Notes: a model not told the origin generated them from the sequence alone. A stretch of 64,000 nucleotides of DNA from Vicugna vicugna (GCA_013265495.1 MU058009.1:1180001-1244000); one strand, 5' to 3'; shown: positions 50,041 through 64,000, counted from the stretch's first letter. Numbers and translations: made by a program.

Positions 50041-53000
50041 TTTTGCCTTTCTAGCCTGTTTACACTGGACTTTGTAAAGCATGTGCTCTTTGAAAATGCC
50101 TGCCTCTTATTCATGAACATTTTGTGGACACCCGGGTTTGTTTAAGACTTCAACATCAAAGCTGCTTTTGCTTACACTCTGATTTTTGTCTGTTTGTTTT
50201 GTTTTGTTTTGACAATACAATTTCCAAAAAGAAAAACAAAATCCTTAGGCCTCTGATTTACTTACTTCTGTTCAGTTCCACGGACAGTAATCACCAGCCA
50301 AGTTATTTTTCAGATATAATTCTAGAATCTGATTTTGTTTTCTTACCTCTGCATTCCTCCCCTTTTGCAGTTTAAGAGCTACTCCCCTGAGACGATCTGG
50401 AATAGCAGATTAGAGAACTGCACTCCTCAGTCTGATCTTCACCCTGAATAACTTTCTCCACTGAGAAGTTGTACCTTGAGTGGATTTAATCAATGAGATG
50501 TTTCACTGGCCTTAGTTTCTCAGTGTCTTTTCTAAAGCCACGTCTTACTGTTTGGGGGTAGGGCCAGTAAGATTTTCAACCATCCCAGGATCTGAATCTC
50601 TGGGCTTTGTTTCTTCCTCCTCTTTCTGCTTGCAAGACATACAATTATTTCTTAATCTCATCTTGCTCTGTAACACTCTGCCAGATACAGCCAACAGCAG
50701 CTAACGTGCACTGTCAACAGTCTTTTTTTTTTGTTTCATCTCCCAACCCCTTGCCCTGGCGTTATAAAGTCAGTAGATCTGGCCTGTCTTTCTAGTTACA
50801 GAAGTCCCTTTTACAAAATGTTTTGCCTCCATATAACACGGATCCTTAACTCTGCAGGCTCAGAAATCAATTTTCTTACACAGTGCTCAGTGACTTGTGA
50901 CCCAAGGCCACATAGTTTGGGACCTTTTTACTGGTATTGTTGTTGTGGCAGTATGCCACACCTAGGATAATTTTTCTATTCGTCAGGATAGAATAGGCTA
51001 TACCACGGTAACCAATAAACCCTCAGGTCTGAGGGGCTTCGCATAATAGGAGCTCATTCCTTACTCAGTCCAGCGTAGACTTACCAAGTGTCCTCCAGGA
51101 AGTGATTTAGATCCCAGGATGCTTCAGTCCTCTGGCTCCACAGTCCTGTAAATTCCAGGTCACTCTGACTTTCCTCAGCCAGCAGATGGGGAAAGATGAT
51201 CGCTATGGAGAAATCACACTTTACCACAAGGCACACGTGCCATGAGCCTAGAAGCAGCACGTTTCACACCGTCATTGCACTGGCCAGCGTTACTCAGATT
51301 CCTGACACGACTATAGTAAAGACCGGGAAATTAGAGGAGCACAGGGATGTTATTGGATACTAGCAGTATCTACTGCAGAGTTGGCTGAAGTTTATGGGCA
51401 ATTCTATTAGAAAGGGAATAGTGGAAAATAAATGCAGAGGAGGAACCAATGTTTATTGCAATGTATTTCAACGGGTTGTTGTGCAGATCAGGTATGCACA
51501 ATACTTAGCACACTTAAATACTCCATAAACTGCACTCACTATCTTATAATGTTTGTCACCACCACTTCCTTACATGTAAAATTGGACTTGGAACACATGC
51601 TCTTGAAAATTTCCTCCAGCCCAGACATTGTATGTTTCTAATTTTCTCATTTTGTCCTATGAATGAGACCGAGAAGAGGGCACTTCCATTAAACCCATTT
51701 CTGTCTTCTGTGCGAATGTCCTGTTCTTCAAGTTTTATTAACAGACTTTCTGACACCTACTATTATCTTCTCCTTGCTCTTCAGGTCGTTTTTCACATCA
51801 AGCCATCACTGAGATTGATCAAATACATTTGACCAGAGATGTCCCCTCTCAAAGTCCAAGAGGGCTTGTTGACCTGGCTTCTGTTTCCTGATGGGTTGAA
51901 AAATCACGTGTTTCAGCCAAACACACAAAAAAGTAAAACTAACATGATCCCTCAAGGCCAGTGTGGCACAGTGAGGCCACAGGTAGGCTAGAAAACAAGC
52001 TTTCATGCGGGGAAAATGCTGTCACCTTGATACTTGTGATACTGTTAATAAATACCTTCTGTGCGTGTGTGTGTTTTAATACGCAACACAGAACGAGAAG
52101 GAAAGGCCAGCCTTCTTTTGCAAAGAGAGCTCCCTTAGCATCTATGGGCGGACTATTGGAAGATTCAGAAGAATTAGATCAATTCCCCCAAACCTCAGGA
52201 ATACACTATTTAATAAAGAGCCTAAACAGATCTAGCAGGTAAATGTAAATTAAATATTAACATCTTTAAATATATAAACAATAAGACCAATATTGGCATA
52301 TGTGCTTAGGTGTAATAATTTTTTAAATGACAAAAGAAAAAAGAATATGATAAGTTAATGTACAGTGGTAGTTAGGGATGAGGATTAATAGCGATACGGA
52401 GAAAGCTTGTGAGTCGCCAAACACAGCGGCTGCTGCCTGAAGCCTTACCTCTGTGCACACCCTTAAAAATCATGCAAAACAACAAGAAGGAAAGTCACAT
52501 AACTTGTAAAGCACCATGTTTACGCCGCAAATCAACTATAAATAAAAAAGGAAAAGGAAAAGAAAACAAATTCCAGTGAGCAGTTCCTGGCGCTGCTGCC
52601 CCAGAACTCCGCTGCCGATGAGAGCAGTGTGACAAAAGCAGCGGCAGTGATGTCAAAACAGGGGAAAAACAACAACAAAAACGCCCCACTGCGCATAGAA
52701 AAGAGCAGGTGGGGGTGCGCGGCAGGTCTAAAGTGGCTCTAAAATTTGTGCCAGAAGGAGCGAGTTCACGGCGAGTGTGAGAACCTGAAAGAAGTTTCAA
52801 GTAGCTCAGGACACTGAAGCCACAGCCGAAGTTTTAAGTACATGTGATTTTAAGGAGTAGCTTTCAAATGATATGCCTTCTAAAGCCAAAAAAAAAAAAA
52901 AGGAAGAAGAAAGAAAAGATCTCCTTTGGAAATTCAACGTCAGAGGAAACTTTAGGGTCTTACAAAAACAAAGAACACATTTTCGGACCCACAGACCCTC

Positions 53001-53836
53001 TCTGCCACCACAAAAATAAAGCCCTTCATTAAGGGGCTGCCCGTCTCCCCACTGCTGGCACCAGTGAACCAGGAACTTTTTCAGTCACCGTCACATTTAT
53101 AAAATGAGTGGGAGAAAATTATATATGTCTACAGATAATTCTTATTAAAAGAAAAAATTTTAATTTGAAAATAGGAATTAACACACCTCAACTGTCGAAA
53201 TGCCTTCCCTCAGCCCATCCCCTCCACAGCACACACGTGTAAAACATGAAGCAGAAAAAACTGTAACACAGCACTGCAAACTAAGTTAAATGTACCCAAA
53301 CAAGCATTTGGAGATTAAAACAAACACAAAAACGTTTGAATCAGAAACTCCAATATTAAAGACAGAAATGTACAAAAAGAAAACCCAGAAAGAAATGAAA
53401 GTAGAGTGTATTTAATTCAAAATAAAAGAAAAAAAAACCCCAAATCATCTCAGGTATAAAAAAAAAAATCACAAAGAGTGTATGTATATGTATCTACAGA
53501 ATTTGGACCAGATGAGCTAGTTAAACGATGTATCTGAGAATTAGCTGGTTTTATTTATGATCCTGTAAATAACTAAAATATTTCTTAGGAACTTGGATCA
53601 GATAATTTTAGTGGCTTGGTAAATATGTTACAGTGCTATTTTTTTTCCCCATGAGTGAAACTTGCTCATAAAGACAGTAAAACCAGACCTTACTCTCCTT
53701 AGGACCATACTCCAGTCGATCCGTTAGATTGTGGCTACCCCATAATTTATATTTACATCCCAAACAGGTTGTTTGTTTGTATTTATACCAATATTTGTTT
53801 TACGACATGTATTTATTTTATGTTTGTTTTACCACT

Positions 53837-54291
53837 TATATTACTTTCCTGTTGCTGCTGCAGATAATTAAGACAAACAGTGACTTAAATAGTACAAATT
53901 TATTGTCTTAAAGTTCTCGAAGTCAGAAATCTCACTCAGCTAAAATCAAGGTGTCATAGACATCATTTCTTCTGGAGGCTCCAGGGGAAAATCCACTTCT
54001 TGCTTTTCCGGTTTCTAGAAGCTCCCCGCATTCCTTGGCTTGTGGTCCCTTCCTCATCTTCAAAGGCAGCAAGGGAGACTTGAGTGCGGGAAATCACCCT
54101 GAGGGTCCTGTAATCAGGACCTTTGTAATTATATTAGACACACCCAGGTAATTAAGAATAATCTTCCCATCTCATATTCTTTAGCTAAGTCTCATCTGCA
54201 TAGTCACTCTTGCCACAAAAGCTACCATATTCACAGGGCCCATGGACTAGTAGACGGACAACTTGAGGGAACATTGTTCTGCCTCCCACCC
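53837..54291 (-). mobile_element. MLT1C-like MaLR solo LTR
   Basis: aaatttattgtcttaaagttctcgaagtcagaa...ggaggctccaggggaaaatcc...cattccttggcttgtgg...aataatcttcccatctca...catattcacagg. Confidence 0.88.
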
Positions 54292-55579
54292 CACTCAATT
54301 GTTTATGTTTTACGGAACTCATACAGAATGCCCCTAAAACATTTTCCAGAAATTAGTTTACACATCTCCGTGAGATGAGTATTGGATAACAAATATCATT
54401 CTCATTAGCATCAGAAAAGACCAAGTCACAAAGAAGTTACCTTATACACACAAAGTCATTTGATGGGTTCAAGAGGAGAGATACTACATCTTTTGTTCTT
54501 GATGGTCTTTATCTAACAAGGCAACCCCACATCTTTGCACCTTCAACATCTGCCTAAATTTCCTGCCACAAATCCCATTTTGGAATTTGGTTGCAAAGAG
54601 GCCAGATCTTTTATATTTCTCAGAGAGCTTACCTCCTGGAAATCCCAACGCAAAAATGGACCCATCTTGCTTTTGTGAGAGCAGCATGCTCCAGGTGGGC
54701 TTAAATAATGCCAAAATCCTCTATTTTTTAGTTGCTTTTTTTTCTCTGTAGTAAATGCTGCTGCAAACCCTTTAAAAATATTTGAATTCATTGTGTCTCT
54801 ATTTATTGTGTTCACACCTTGAGGCGATTTAGCAGAGAGTGTAATTTTTAAATTCTGAAAAAAAAATGTATTAAATGGAAACGTACTTCAGGAAAGGAGC
54901 TCTAGAGGTCACATGTTTTGTCTACCACCTGCAGGCAGAATTCTCCCCAAGCCTTTCCCAGATAAGTTGTTTATTATCTGTCTGGTACACAGTAGCCAGC
55001 AAGAAAGAATCCAGTAAATACGACAAACAGATTACTTTAGCAGAAAACAAAACATAAAGAGAAGAAATGTCACCTTAAAAATAAATGCATAAATAACTGC
55101 ATCGTCTTACCACCCACAAACCATGCAGGGTTTAGGTTACTCATTGAAAAGGGCGAGGGGAGCAAAAGATGGGTGATCACGTGATCACTGAAGGTCACTG
55201 AAAGATCAGGGCTGTGCAATTTATGTGGATCAGTATTTCATAGGTATTTACTTTATATCCTAGGAAGACTGAACACTGTTGGGGAAGAAGAAATGTACCT
55301 TCTCTTCTCTCGCATTGTAACATTGTCTGTAAGGTGCCCTTACCAGTAGGGAACAATCACCGAGAGCCTGCTCCTTCTCTGTTACTTAGATGTGATAAAA
55401 CAAATGCTCAAATATCTAGGGTTACCAATTTTAAAGACACAAGTCGTTTTGGTGGGATGGATGACACCATATATTTGTTTGTACATTTATTCACTCAACA
55501 AACCTGCTCGTCATTCACTATCTACTGAGTAATGCGTAGACATCGGGAAAAATAACTAAGTGAAACTCTTCACTCCTTC

Positions 55580-56960
55580 ACGGGGGTTTTTCAACTTTTT
55601 GCCCAGATTCGCAGTAAGAAATACATCTTACATTGAGACCTGAATACAAAACCCCATAAAACAGAAACAAAAATTCATGCAATCATACCCTAGTATCACT
55701 TTTTAAATTTCACCTTGCCTTTTTTGTTTTCTCCTTTCTTCTCCTTTGTATCATTGTTCTTCTCTCAGTAAAAAAATACTCATCGGCAGTTGCAAAATAG
55801 ATCCCCTACTGAGCAATGGGAAGTGGCCTGCGGTGTGAGAAGTCCTGCTCTGGAGCCGTCCTGCTTCAAGTGTGGTCGAAGGACGGTAACCAGCACGGCC
55901 ATTTCTCAGCAGCCCGTTAGAACTGCAGGACTTAATCCTGTCCCTGTATCCAGGTATAAAGAATTAGAGTCTGCCTTTTAGCAAGATGCTTAATTAATCC
56001 CTAGAACAAGTCATGCAAATTTGAGGTTGAGAAACAATACTCCAGGACTCATTCTTAAGTGCAGAAGACTTTCAATCTCCTGGAAGACTTTCGAGAAAAT
56101 ATGTGAACCATCACACATCTTTTAATCAAAATATAAAGTTCTGCATCATAAATTGTAAATAGTTGCAAAGGGTATAATTTTTGTACTTTAAATATTGTTA
56201 CTTTAAATAAAAATGTTTCTGTGTCTATCTAATGACATTTAATACAGTAATGATTTGCTAGCCATGGTCTTTCATTGATGAACATATATAAACAAACCCT
56301 GCTTTAATAGTCAAAATTTGTATTCTTTCTTTTAATTCCTAAAGTCAGCTTTTCAATCATCTTCCCCAAAGAATTTTACCTGAAATTAATAGTTTTATAT
56401 TGAAAAATATCTTATTTATCACTGTATCAAAATTCTTTGCTTTGAAAATATTTATACACACATCTAGTTGTCAAATCTTTCTTCTGGATCAAGTTACATT
56501 GCAATTACTCAAGTAGAATTAATCTATCTCAAAATCTAGTAAGTAATTATCTGATACACAAAGTTCTTCTTTTTTTTTTAGGAGGGAGGCAATTTGTCTC
56601 ATGATAAAAGAGATGGGAACATATGAAGCATTGAGTAAAGGAAGGTTTGGCCAATAATAGCATTTTGAATTATACCTTGCTTAGCTCAGGGTAATGTTCA
56701 GAGGTAAGATAGGGTGAAAGCTTTGTCTTTATTCTGTTAAGTGTGAGTGAGAAGAGAAATGGCTAAAGGGACTTTGATAGAAAAAAATAAAAGAGCCAGC
56801 ATAACCATAACTGAGTTCAGAGGAAAACCAATTTTAGGGAACATTGCATGTGAAAGTTGAGAACGTGGAACTTGATTACCTAAATTCATTTCCAGGTACC
56901 CTTTAGAAAGTCTGCTTACCCCAGCTCTAAGGAGACTCTAGTTTGAGACCCACTGCACTG
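55580..56960. mobile_element. Fragmented hAT/Charlie-like DNA transposon sequence
   Basis: gggtttttcaactttt.. left end, ..ctagtttgagacccactg right end, AT-rich interior; probably several pieces. Confidence 0.35.
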
Positions 56961-57420
56961 AACAGTGACTCGAATGTCCCCAGATAACACTAGTGTATCT
57001 AACATAGATACAGGGATATAGTACACGTGTGCAGAGCCATGAAATACCTACTAAGCGGTACGCAGCACAGAGAGAGGAACTCCTGACCGCCAGTGGGGGA
57101 GGAAAGTAAAGCTACTGGAGGGAGTGAATTTATTTCCTAAAGATGGCAAAGAAGCAAACATATAAGAAAGCACTGCATAAAAATGTGAAATTAATGACAA
57201 AAGATGAGGCGAGGGCCAGGTTGTAAAGGGACTTCTAGACTGAACCCATGTTGGGTGTTATTTGCAGAGCAATGATTCTCATATCTGGAATTTTTTAAGG
57301 GAGGGTTACATGACTAGGTCCTCTCCAGTGATTTGAACTTAGGAGGTTCCCAACCTGGGGTTAACAAGAGCCTAGGAGCTAAGGGATGTTTCTAAGACAT
57401 ATGAGAATAAGTATCAATGC

Positions 57421-58970
57421 TTTATTAATTTTTAAATTTTTTGTTTATTTTTTAAATTGAAGTATAGTCAGTTTACAATGTTGTGTCAGTTTCTGGTGTA
57501 CAGCCCAATTCTTCAGTCATACATGAACATACATACATTCACTTTCATATTCTTTTTCACCATGAGCTACTACAAGATATTGAATATATTTCCCTGTGCT
57601 GTACAGTATAAACTTGTTTATCTATTTTATATATACCATTCAATATCTGCAAATCTTGAACTTCCAGTTTATCCCTTCCCATCCCCCTCCTCCTTGGCAA
57701 CCACAAGTCTGTATTTTATGTCTGTGAGTCTGTTTCTGTTTTATATATAAGCTCATTTGTCTTTTTTTTTTTTTAAGGTTTCCCATTTTCTGTGTTTTCT
57801 AAAGGTTCCACATATGAGTGATCTCATAAGGTATTTTTCTTTCTCTTTCTGGCTTGCTTCACTTAGAATGACATTCTCCAGTCGTCCATGTTGCTGCAAA
57901 TGGCATTATTTTATTCTTTTTTATGGCTGAGTAGTAGTCCATTGTATAAATATACCACAACTTCTTAATCCAGTCATCTGTCAGTGGACATTTAGGTTAC
58001 TTCCATGTCTTGGCTATTGTAAATAGTGCTACTATGAACACTGGGGTTCAGGCGTCTTTTTGAATTAGAGTTCCGTCTGGATATATGCCCAGGGATGGGA
58101 TTGCTGGATCATATGGTAAGTCTATTTTCAGTTTTTTGAGGAATCTCTATACTGTTTTCCATAATGGCTGCACCAAACTGCATTCCCACCAACAGTGTAG
58201 GAGGATTCCCTTTTCTCCACACCCTCACTAGCATTTATCATTTGTGGACTTTTTAATAATGGCCATCTTGACTGGTGTGAGATGATAATTCATTGTAGTT
58301 TTGATTGGCATTTCTCTGATAATTAGTGATATTGAGCATTCTTTCATGTGCCTATTGGCCATTTGTATGTCTTCGTTGGAGAATTGCTTGTTTAGATCTT
58401 CTGCCCATTTTTGGAATGGATTGTTTGGTTTTTTTTGTTATTAAGTTGTATGAGCTGTTTACATATTCTGGAAATTAAGCCCTTGTCACTTGCGACATTT
58501 GCAAATATTTTCTCCCACTCTGTAGGTTGTCTTTTGGTTTTGCTTATGGTTTCCTTTGCTGTGCAAAAGCTTATAAGTTTAATTAGGTACCATTTGTTTA
58601 TTTTTGCTTTTATTCCTATTGCCTGGGGAGACTGCCGTAGGAGAACATTGCTAAGATTTATGTCAGAAAATGTTTTGCCTATGTTTTCTTCTAGGAGGTT
58701 TATAGTGTCTGGTCTTGTATTTAAGACTTTAAAGCATTTTGAGTTTGTTCTGGTGTGTGGTGTGAGGGAGTGCTCTAACTTCCTTGATTTGCATGCAGCT
58801 GTCTAGTTTTCCCAGCACCACTTGCTGAAGGGACTGTCTTTTCTCCGTTGTATATTCTTGTCTCCTTTGTGGAAGATTAATTGACCGTAGTCTGTGAGTT
58901 TATTTCTGGGCTCTCTGTTCTGTCCATTGATCTATGTGTTTGTTTTTGTGCCAATACCAGGCGGTTGTTT
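57421..58970 (-). mobile_element. 5'-truncated LINE-1 (~1.5 kb; ORF2 3' part and 3'UTR)
   Basis: T-rich tail, then antisense L1 collinear with the 1441-2239 copy (ccatgttgctgcaaatggc, cattcccaccaacagtgtaggagg, cccagcaccacttgctgaag). Confidence 0.95.
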
Positions 58971-60644
58971 TAAACAAAACAAAACAAAACTGTTCTCCAC
59001 ATAAATGAACTGCAATTTTTCAAAATTATTGAAGATGCAGCTGTGGCACAAAATAATTTGGAAAGGTTCCACCATCCACGCTGATTTGTGTGTTTGGCAG
59101 GGAGTTGTGGGAGGCGGAGTCTGTCATATATGTTTTCAATCGACAACCACCATGAGGGCTTAGTCCGAATCGTTTCTCACTATAAAACGCAAGATCACTT
59201 TTATGGTATGGGCCAAAAAAGGTCTGATTTTTCATTATGCAGGAAAATAGAGTAAGCTGGCATAGGCCTGAAGAAGGACATTCAACAACTTTCAAACTTA
59301 TGAAGAACACAAATGAAAGAAGACTGTGTTCCCTTCTGCTTGGGATCTTACTTTAGGCAATCCCAATGTTTAAAAATCTGGGTTTATATAGAGGCTAAAT
59401 TTAGAAACTAATTATTCACTTTTTAAAGGAGTCACAGTAGGACATAAGTCAATAGAAAACTCTCTGGCATATTTAAAATAGAATTCAATTTACATGCAAC
59501 TTTTTGGAATTCCTCCTATTGTACCAAGCAAGGTCGACTTGTAAGCCAGTTTTGTCCACTCTTTAATTGCCACACAGTGAAACGATGGAGCACGCCACTC
59601 TTGAGAAATCCAAAGTTGAATCCATGGATCTGAGCACCTACGATGTCCACAGTCCACAGGCCATCTTTCACTAAAGCAAGAATAGACACAGTTTCAATGC
59701 ACAAACCCAATGATAGTATCATGTAACCCTGCAGCCAGGCCCACAGCTGCTGGACAGAGATCAGCACTTGACTCAGACATAGAGTAGGTGTCTTTGAGGG
59801 ACCTGACAGAAGAGGAGCTGAATTTGGGAAGATGAATTCTCAGTCCATCAGATAACAAGTCCTGAATCATTTGAACGTGAGTGCTATGATGAGGTAGAAA
59901 GTTTCAGGTAGAAGCAAAATAAATAAACAAATAAATGACCACTGAGTTATCATCATGGTCAGTACATTAGGTCACTTTTAATTATAAGAGAAAGAAATCA
60001 GTGCAAATTGATTTAGGCAAGGAAGGGAATGATTTGTTCATGCAACTAAAGGTCTACAGGTAAATGAAACTCAGGAATAGTTGGGTCCAGGTGGTTAAAA
60101 AAGCGGAAAAAGTATCATTGGGAATCTGCTGCTTTCCATCTCGTGACTTTGTTCTCTCATTTATGGACCTCAGACAGTTTCCTACGAATGATGATGGAAA
60201 GTCTTCACGAAACATTTGTTGCCCTTAGCTTTAATCAGATTGATAAAACCGTGAGAAGTCTTCTAGTATCCATGAGGATAAAGCTACTTCCTCAATGAAA
60301 GTTTTCCCATTGATGGTAATCCCAACCCATAAGACTGCTGAATACGTTTCAAAAGGCACAAAACTGTACTCGTTATTTAAAAAAAAAATTTCCCCAGCAG
60401 TGCTTAGAAGAGTCACCAATAAGTTCAATAAGAACTCAGGCTGCATTCAGAAGTTATTCGAAATTCTTAAAAACCCTCCAACTCTTTGTTTTCTTGCTAT
60501 TTGTTCTAGCCATAGTGCCATCACTGGCTCTGTGGCTTTGAGCAAACTGCCTGAACAGCTATGAATCTAACTGTTTTCATTGAGACAATGAGTCTCAATC
60601 TCAGAGAGTGGTGAAAATTAAATTATTAAGTGACATAATGTTTG

Positions 60645-61314
60645 TAAGTCTCCCAGCTTGGGGTCTGGTATGCAGTTCTTTTAGGAACTGGACTCACAGG
60701 TCCTACGACGGGCATTCATGGTGTTGTGAGGGAGAAGGTGCTTGCCTTGTGCAGGGAAGAATTCAAGAGCAAGGCATGATAGAGCAGAAGCAAGTTTGTT
60801 TAGAGAGATACACACTTCATGGGCAGACTGGGGTCTGTCTCACTCCAAAGGGAAAAGAGCTGAGGAGATACACACTCCAGAGGCAGAATGTGGTCCCTCT
60901 CAGAAAGGTGAGAGGGGGAGAGACCACGAGGTGTGGGGGTATTTAGTCCGAAGTAAAAGCAGATACACACTCTATAGACAGAGTGTGGGCCGTTTCAGAA
61001 GGCAAGAGAGCGAGTGACCGGGAGGTGCAGAGTTGTTAGGTTTTATGCGCTTGGTAACTTCATATGCTAATGAGTAGGAGATTCTTCCAACTACTTTGTG
61101 GAAGGGGCAGGGATTTCCATGAATCGGGCCCTCACCCACTTTGGGACCCTGTAGGGTCAGCCTAGGCATGGCCGTGGTGCCTGTGGGTGTGCTATGAGGC
61201 TCAAGGTCTACTGGAAGTCAAATCTGCCATCTTGGCTCTAACCAATTTGTCCTGTCCTCAATTGCTGTGTCATCCCTTCAGTGGTTGTGTCCTGCCCTCT
61301 TCCCTCTTGCGTCA
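60645..61314 (-). mobile_element. ERV1-like solo LTR
   Basis: Three agatacacact repeats, catatgctaatgag, tctgccatcttgg, terminal ttgcgtca (TGA start on minus strand); left boundary approximate. Confidence 0.8.
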
Positions 61315-61624
61315 GTGGGACAAAATGCTGCTCTGTAGTTTATCGGAACCCAGATCTCCTCTCACAGCACACGTCCAGCAGGAAATAACCTTTGCATGCT
61401 GTTGGAAGACCAGGTACTAGTGTTAACCCTCCAGCTAGCCAAATTTAAGACCTTAGGTCATTTCCTTCATTCCTTTGGGTTTTAAGTTTACTCGTTCATA
61501 AAAAATAAGTTCTTGAACGAGAATTATTTCTAGAGCTTCTAAATATGTAATACTTTCTGTTTTTAACATATCTTCTATATATGTATATATATATAACTCT
61601 TCAAGAACTTCACTTCTCTACACC

Positions 61625-62140
61625 AGTTAATAGAGTTTTATCTTCAGGGACAGTAAACCTCAACTTAATTGGGGTAAACAATAAGGAATTTATTACTTCA
61701 CATAATGAGAAGACTGAACAGAGAGTGATTTTAGAGCTGATTTATCCAGTGCCTCCATGATATTTTTGTGGGTCCAGACTCCTTCTGTCTTCCCACTCTG
61801 TCATCCTTGGTGAGTTGATAAGATCTTTACAGCAACTCTAGACAGCACATACTGTACATTGCTGCTTGGAGAAAAAGAGAGACTCTTTCTTCTTGAACAT
61901 TTTTGTAAGAAAAAGGAAAGTATTTTCCAAAAGAATTGCAGCTAGGGTGACTGAATAATTTATCTTCCAAACAGAGGCTATTTTGAGAGTGAAAATGGGA
62001 CTGTGACCAGCTTGGACTAATCACATTTTGCTGTCTGCATGGGAGTCGGGGTGGGGTGTTCCCCCGCCCCCGACACTTGGAGGGGGATATCTGTACAAAG
62101 GACAGAATGGTTGCTGGAAAGACATATAACAGTCGATATG
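61625..62140 (-). mobile_element. Old MLT1 (K/L-like) LTR
   Basis: aaacaataaggaatttattacttcacataatgagaagac...ccagactccttctgtcttcccactctgtcatcctt. Confidence 0.65.
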
Positions 62141-62379
62141 CACTGTCCATGCGTCTTTTCCAGCTTCATCGCTTGCTGTTCTTTGATTCACATTCAGAGG
62201 CAAGCAGCCTGTAGTTCCAAAACACATCGTGCTGTGGCTTGCCTTTGTTCTTACTTCCCCCTTGCCTAGGATTATTGCCATCTATCCATTACCCTCTGGC
62301 CCCTACGTGACTAATGATTCTCCGTTATTAAAGTAAAAGTACGTCTATCTCCCTCCCCACACCTCCACCCTCTGCTTCC

Positions 62380-62612
62380 TATGGGTGGAATGCTTCTTCC
62401 CTGGGCTCCCACGGGACTTGATCTTATGCCTCTATATTTTCCACTGTGTAGATCTGGCCTGAGTCTTGATTTGTCTTTCTAAACCTAAACCTAGAACTGA
62501 ATAAATGAGGGTAGAGACCATTTCATTCATCTTTGTATCCTAAGTGCCTAGCACAGCCAAGCAGCTGGAGTAAGTTAATGGAACACAAATTAAATTAAGA
62601 AATGATTGAATA
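62380..62612 (+). mobile_element. L2 3' end
   Basis: gagggtagagaccatttcattcatctttgtatcctaagtgcctagcacag. Confidence 0.75.
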
Positions 62613-63169
62613 AACCCTAATCTGGATCAGAGAGTTCAGATACTTTTTACCATGAAGGGCCTGAGATTAAGAAAATAGAAATTGGATTTCCAGAGTCCAG
62701 AATCCTAGTGCCCATCCTATCCAATCCAAATAAAGAAGCCCTGAGCTGAATAGCAATGTGAACTAATGGAGTTTAGGGGAAAAAGCCGGGCTGACTACTG
62801 GCAGCATCTGGGGTTGAGAGAGATGTCCCTATTATTAGGGTATAATTAACAACTTTCCTCTCACAGACATTAATTTATTTTGTCATTAAATTAATTAGAA
62901 TTAAACAAGCCTTTAAATCATTGCTTGTTCCTGGAAGAAGAAAGGAATTTTTTAATCAAAAATCAAAGAGTTTCCCACAACTTTCTTGCCCCTGTAAAGA
63001 AAGAGAGAGACTGCCTTCTGGAGGGAGTTCCTTTAGGGTTCCCTAAAGCAAGCCTGGGCGCAGGAGCACATCTCACAGGAGTGATGCTTGGCCGTGCTTC
63101 TCTGAAGACAGTGGAGCAAGAAGAAATGCCAGTGGAATGGACTTTCAATTACCACGGAGCTGGAGCCCA

Positions 63170-63320
63170 CGGAACTTTTGGGTATGTTATTTTTAAACAA
63201 GTTTCCTCTTTGGTAAAATGAGGTAACAGAGTCTACCTCATACGGTTACTATGAAATAATTAGCTAAATAATATAAGTGCTAAGAACTCATTAGGTTTTC
63301 AATAAACTCTACCTAACTTC
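63170..63320 (+). mobile_element. MIR fragment
   Basis: agtttcctctttggtaaaatgagg...ctacctcatacggttactatga...tcaataaac. Confidence 0.75.
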
Positions 63321-64000
63321 CTCCCTCTCCCTTAAGCTGAGATTCAAATTTGACTTCAGATAAAATTCTGCAGAAAAAATTAATTGGGAATCTTACTCCC
63401 TGCGAACAGAAACAAAAACACAAAACACAACTTTACAAACAAGATAATTACATCATAAATTCTTTATATATTTACTCAGAAAAATCTCTTTTCCTTGATT
63501 CTACAAATTCTGTGCCCTCTTCAGTTCATTCAATGCTCCTAACTCCAAATTCACCCATCACTTCTGCTCCTTTCCCTCAAACACTACCTGCACCCCCTCC
63601 GCTACCTAAGAAAGGCTCCCTGATTAAAGCAAAAAGTGATATGGTTCTCTCTTTATCTTCCTCTCCATGCAGAGATCAACAAAGGAAAAAAAATTGAACA
63701 TGCTCAAATTACAATATGCGTTGTGCATTTGGTTTTTAGTGCAAATTTTAATCTGCTCTTTTTCAAAATAATGTATGTCCATGATAGAAGCATATTGCAA
63801 TGTAAACTCTTAGAAAGTGAGACTATTTTTCAATTATAGCCTAGAGGGTCTTTTTAGAATTTTATGTGCTTGAAGACTGTATGGGAGGATCTCTTGAGGT
63901 TCCTACAGCTCCAGAGCTCCATGGATCTATAAGTCAATGGCATTCCCTAGCTTCAAGAAAAGCACCTGTGTTCTCTTAATGAGAGTAGGGGCAAAAGGAT

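Larger units (their letters stand above)
48648..51378 (-). mobile_element. MaLR (MLT1-type) element retaining both LTRs and the internal region
   Basis: LTR-like ends at ~48650 (agtcataaaaggcagagttctgctacagtaacaa) and ~50975 (gtcaggatagaataggctataccacggtaac); MLT-int phrases between (actcccatttagaaaagggaaaaattgga; ttttgcctccatataacacgg). Confidence 0.7.

Noticed and set aside
58411..58806. 131-aa hydrophobic ORF
   Set aside because: Antisense reading of L1 ORF2, a common artefact.
1..64000. A novel multi-gene biological system, or tRNA/rRNA/snRNA genes
   Set aside because: All ORFs are short, lack recognisable domains apart from retroelement relics, and show no gene-like organisation. I recognised no structured RNA gene by eye; small exons or miRNAs cannot be excluded without searches.

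Overview
Non-coding mammalian genomic DNA (intergenic or deep intronic). I recognise no protein-coding exon, RNA gene or prokaryote-type system. The younger LINE-1 3' ends resemble camelid L1 as I recall it, and I saw no Alu, B1, BovA, PRE1 or SINEC; the camelid assignment is an inference. The window is a mosaic of LINE-1 fragments, old L2/MIR/MaLR/hAT repeats, several solo LTRs and one decayed minus-strand ERV provirus (two LTRs with gag, integrase and env remnants). It also holds microsatellites, three local tandem duplications and one N gap. The most unusual signal is a CpG-island-like patch at ~32.77-33.06 kb. It appears to be a MIR SINE rewritten almost entirely by A/T->G/C changes, a candidate footprint of GC-biased gene conversion. 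Repeat family names come from recalled consensus sequences, not from a search, and most boundaries are approximate.
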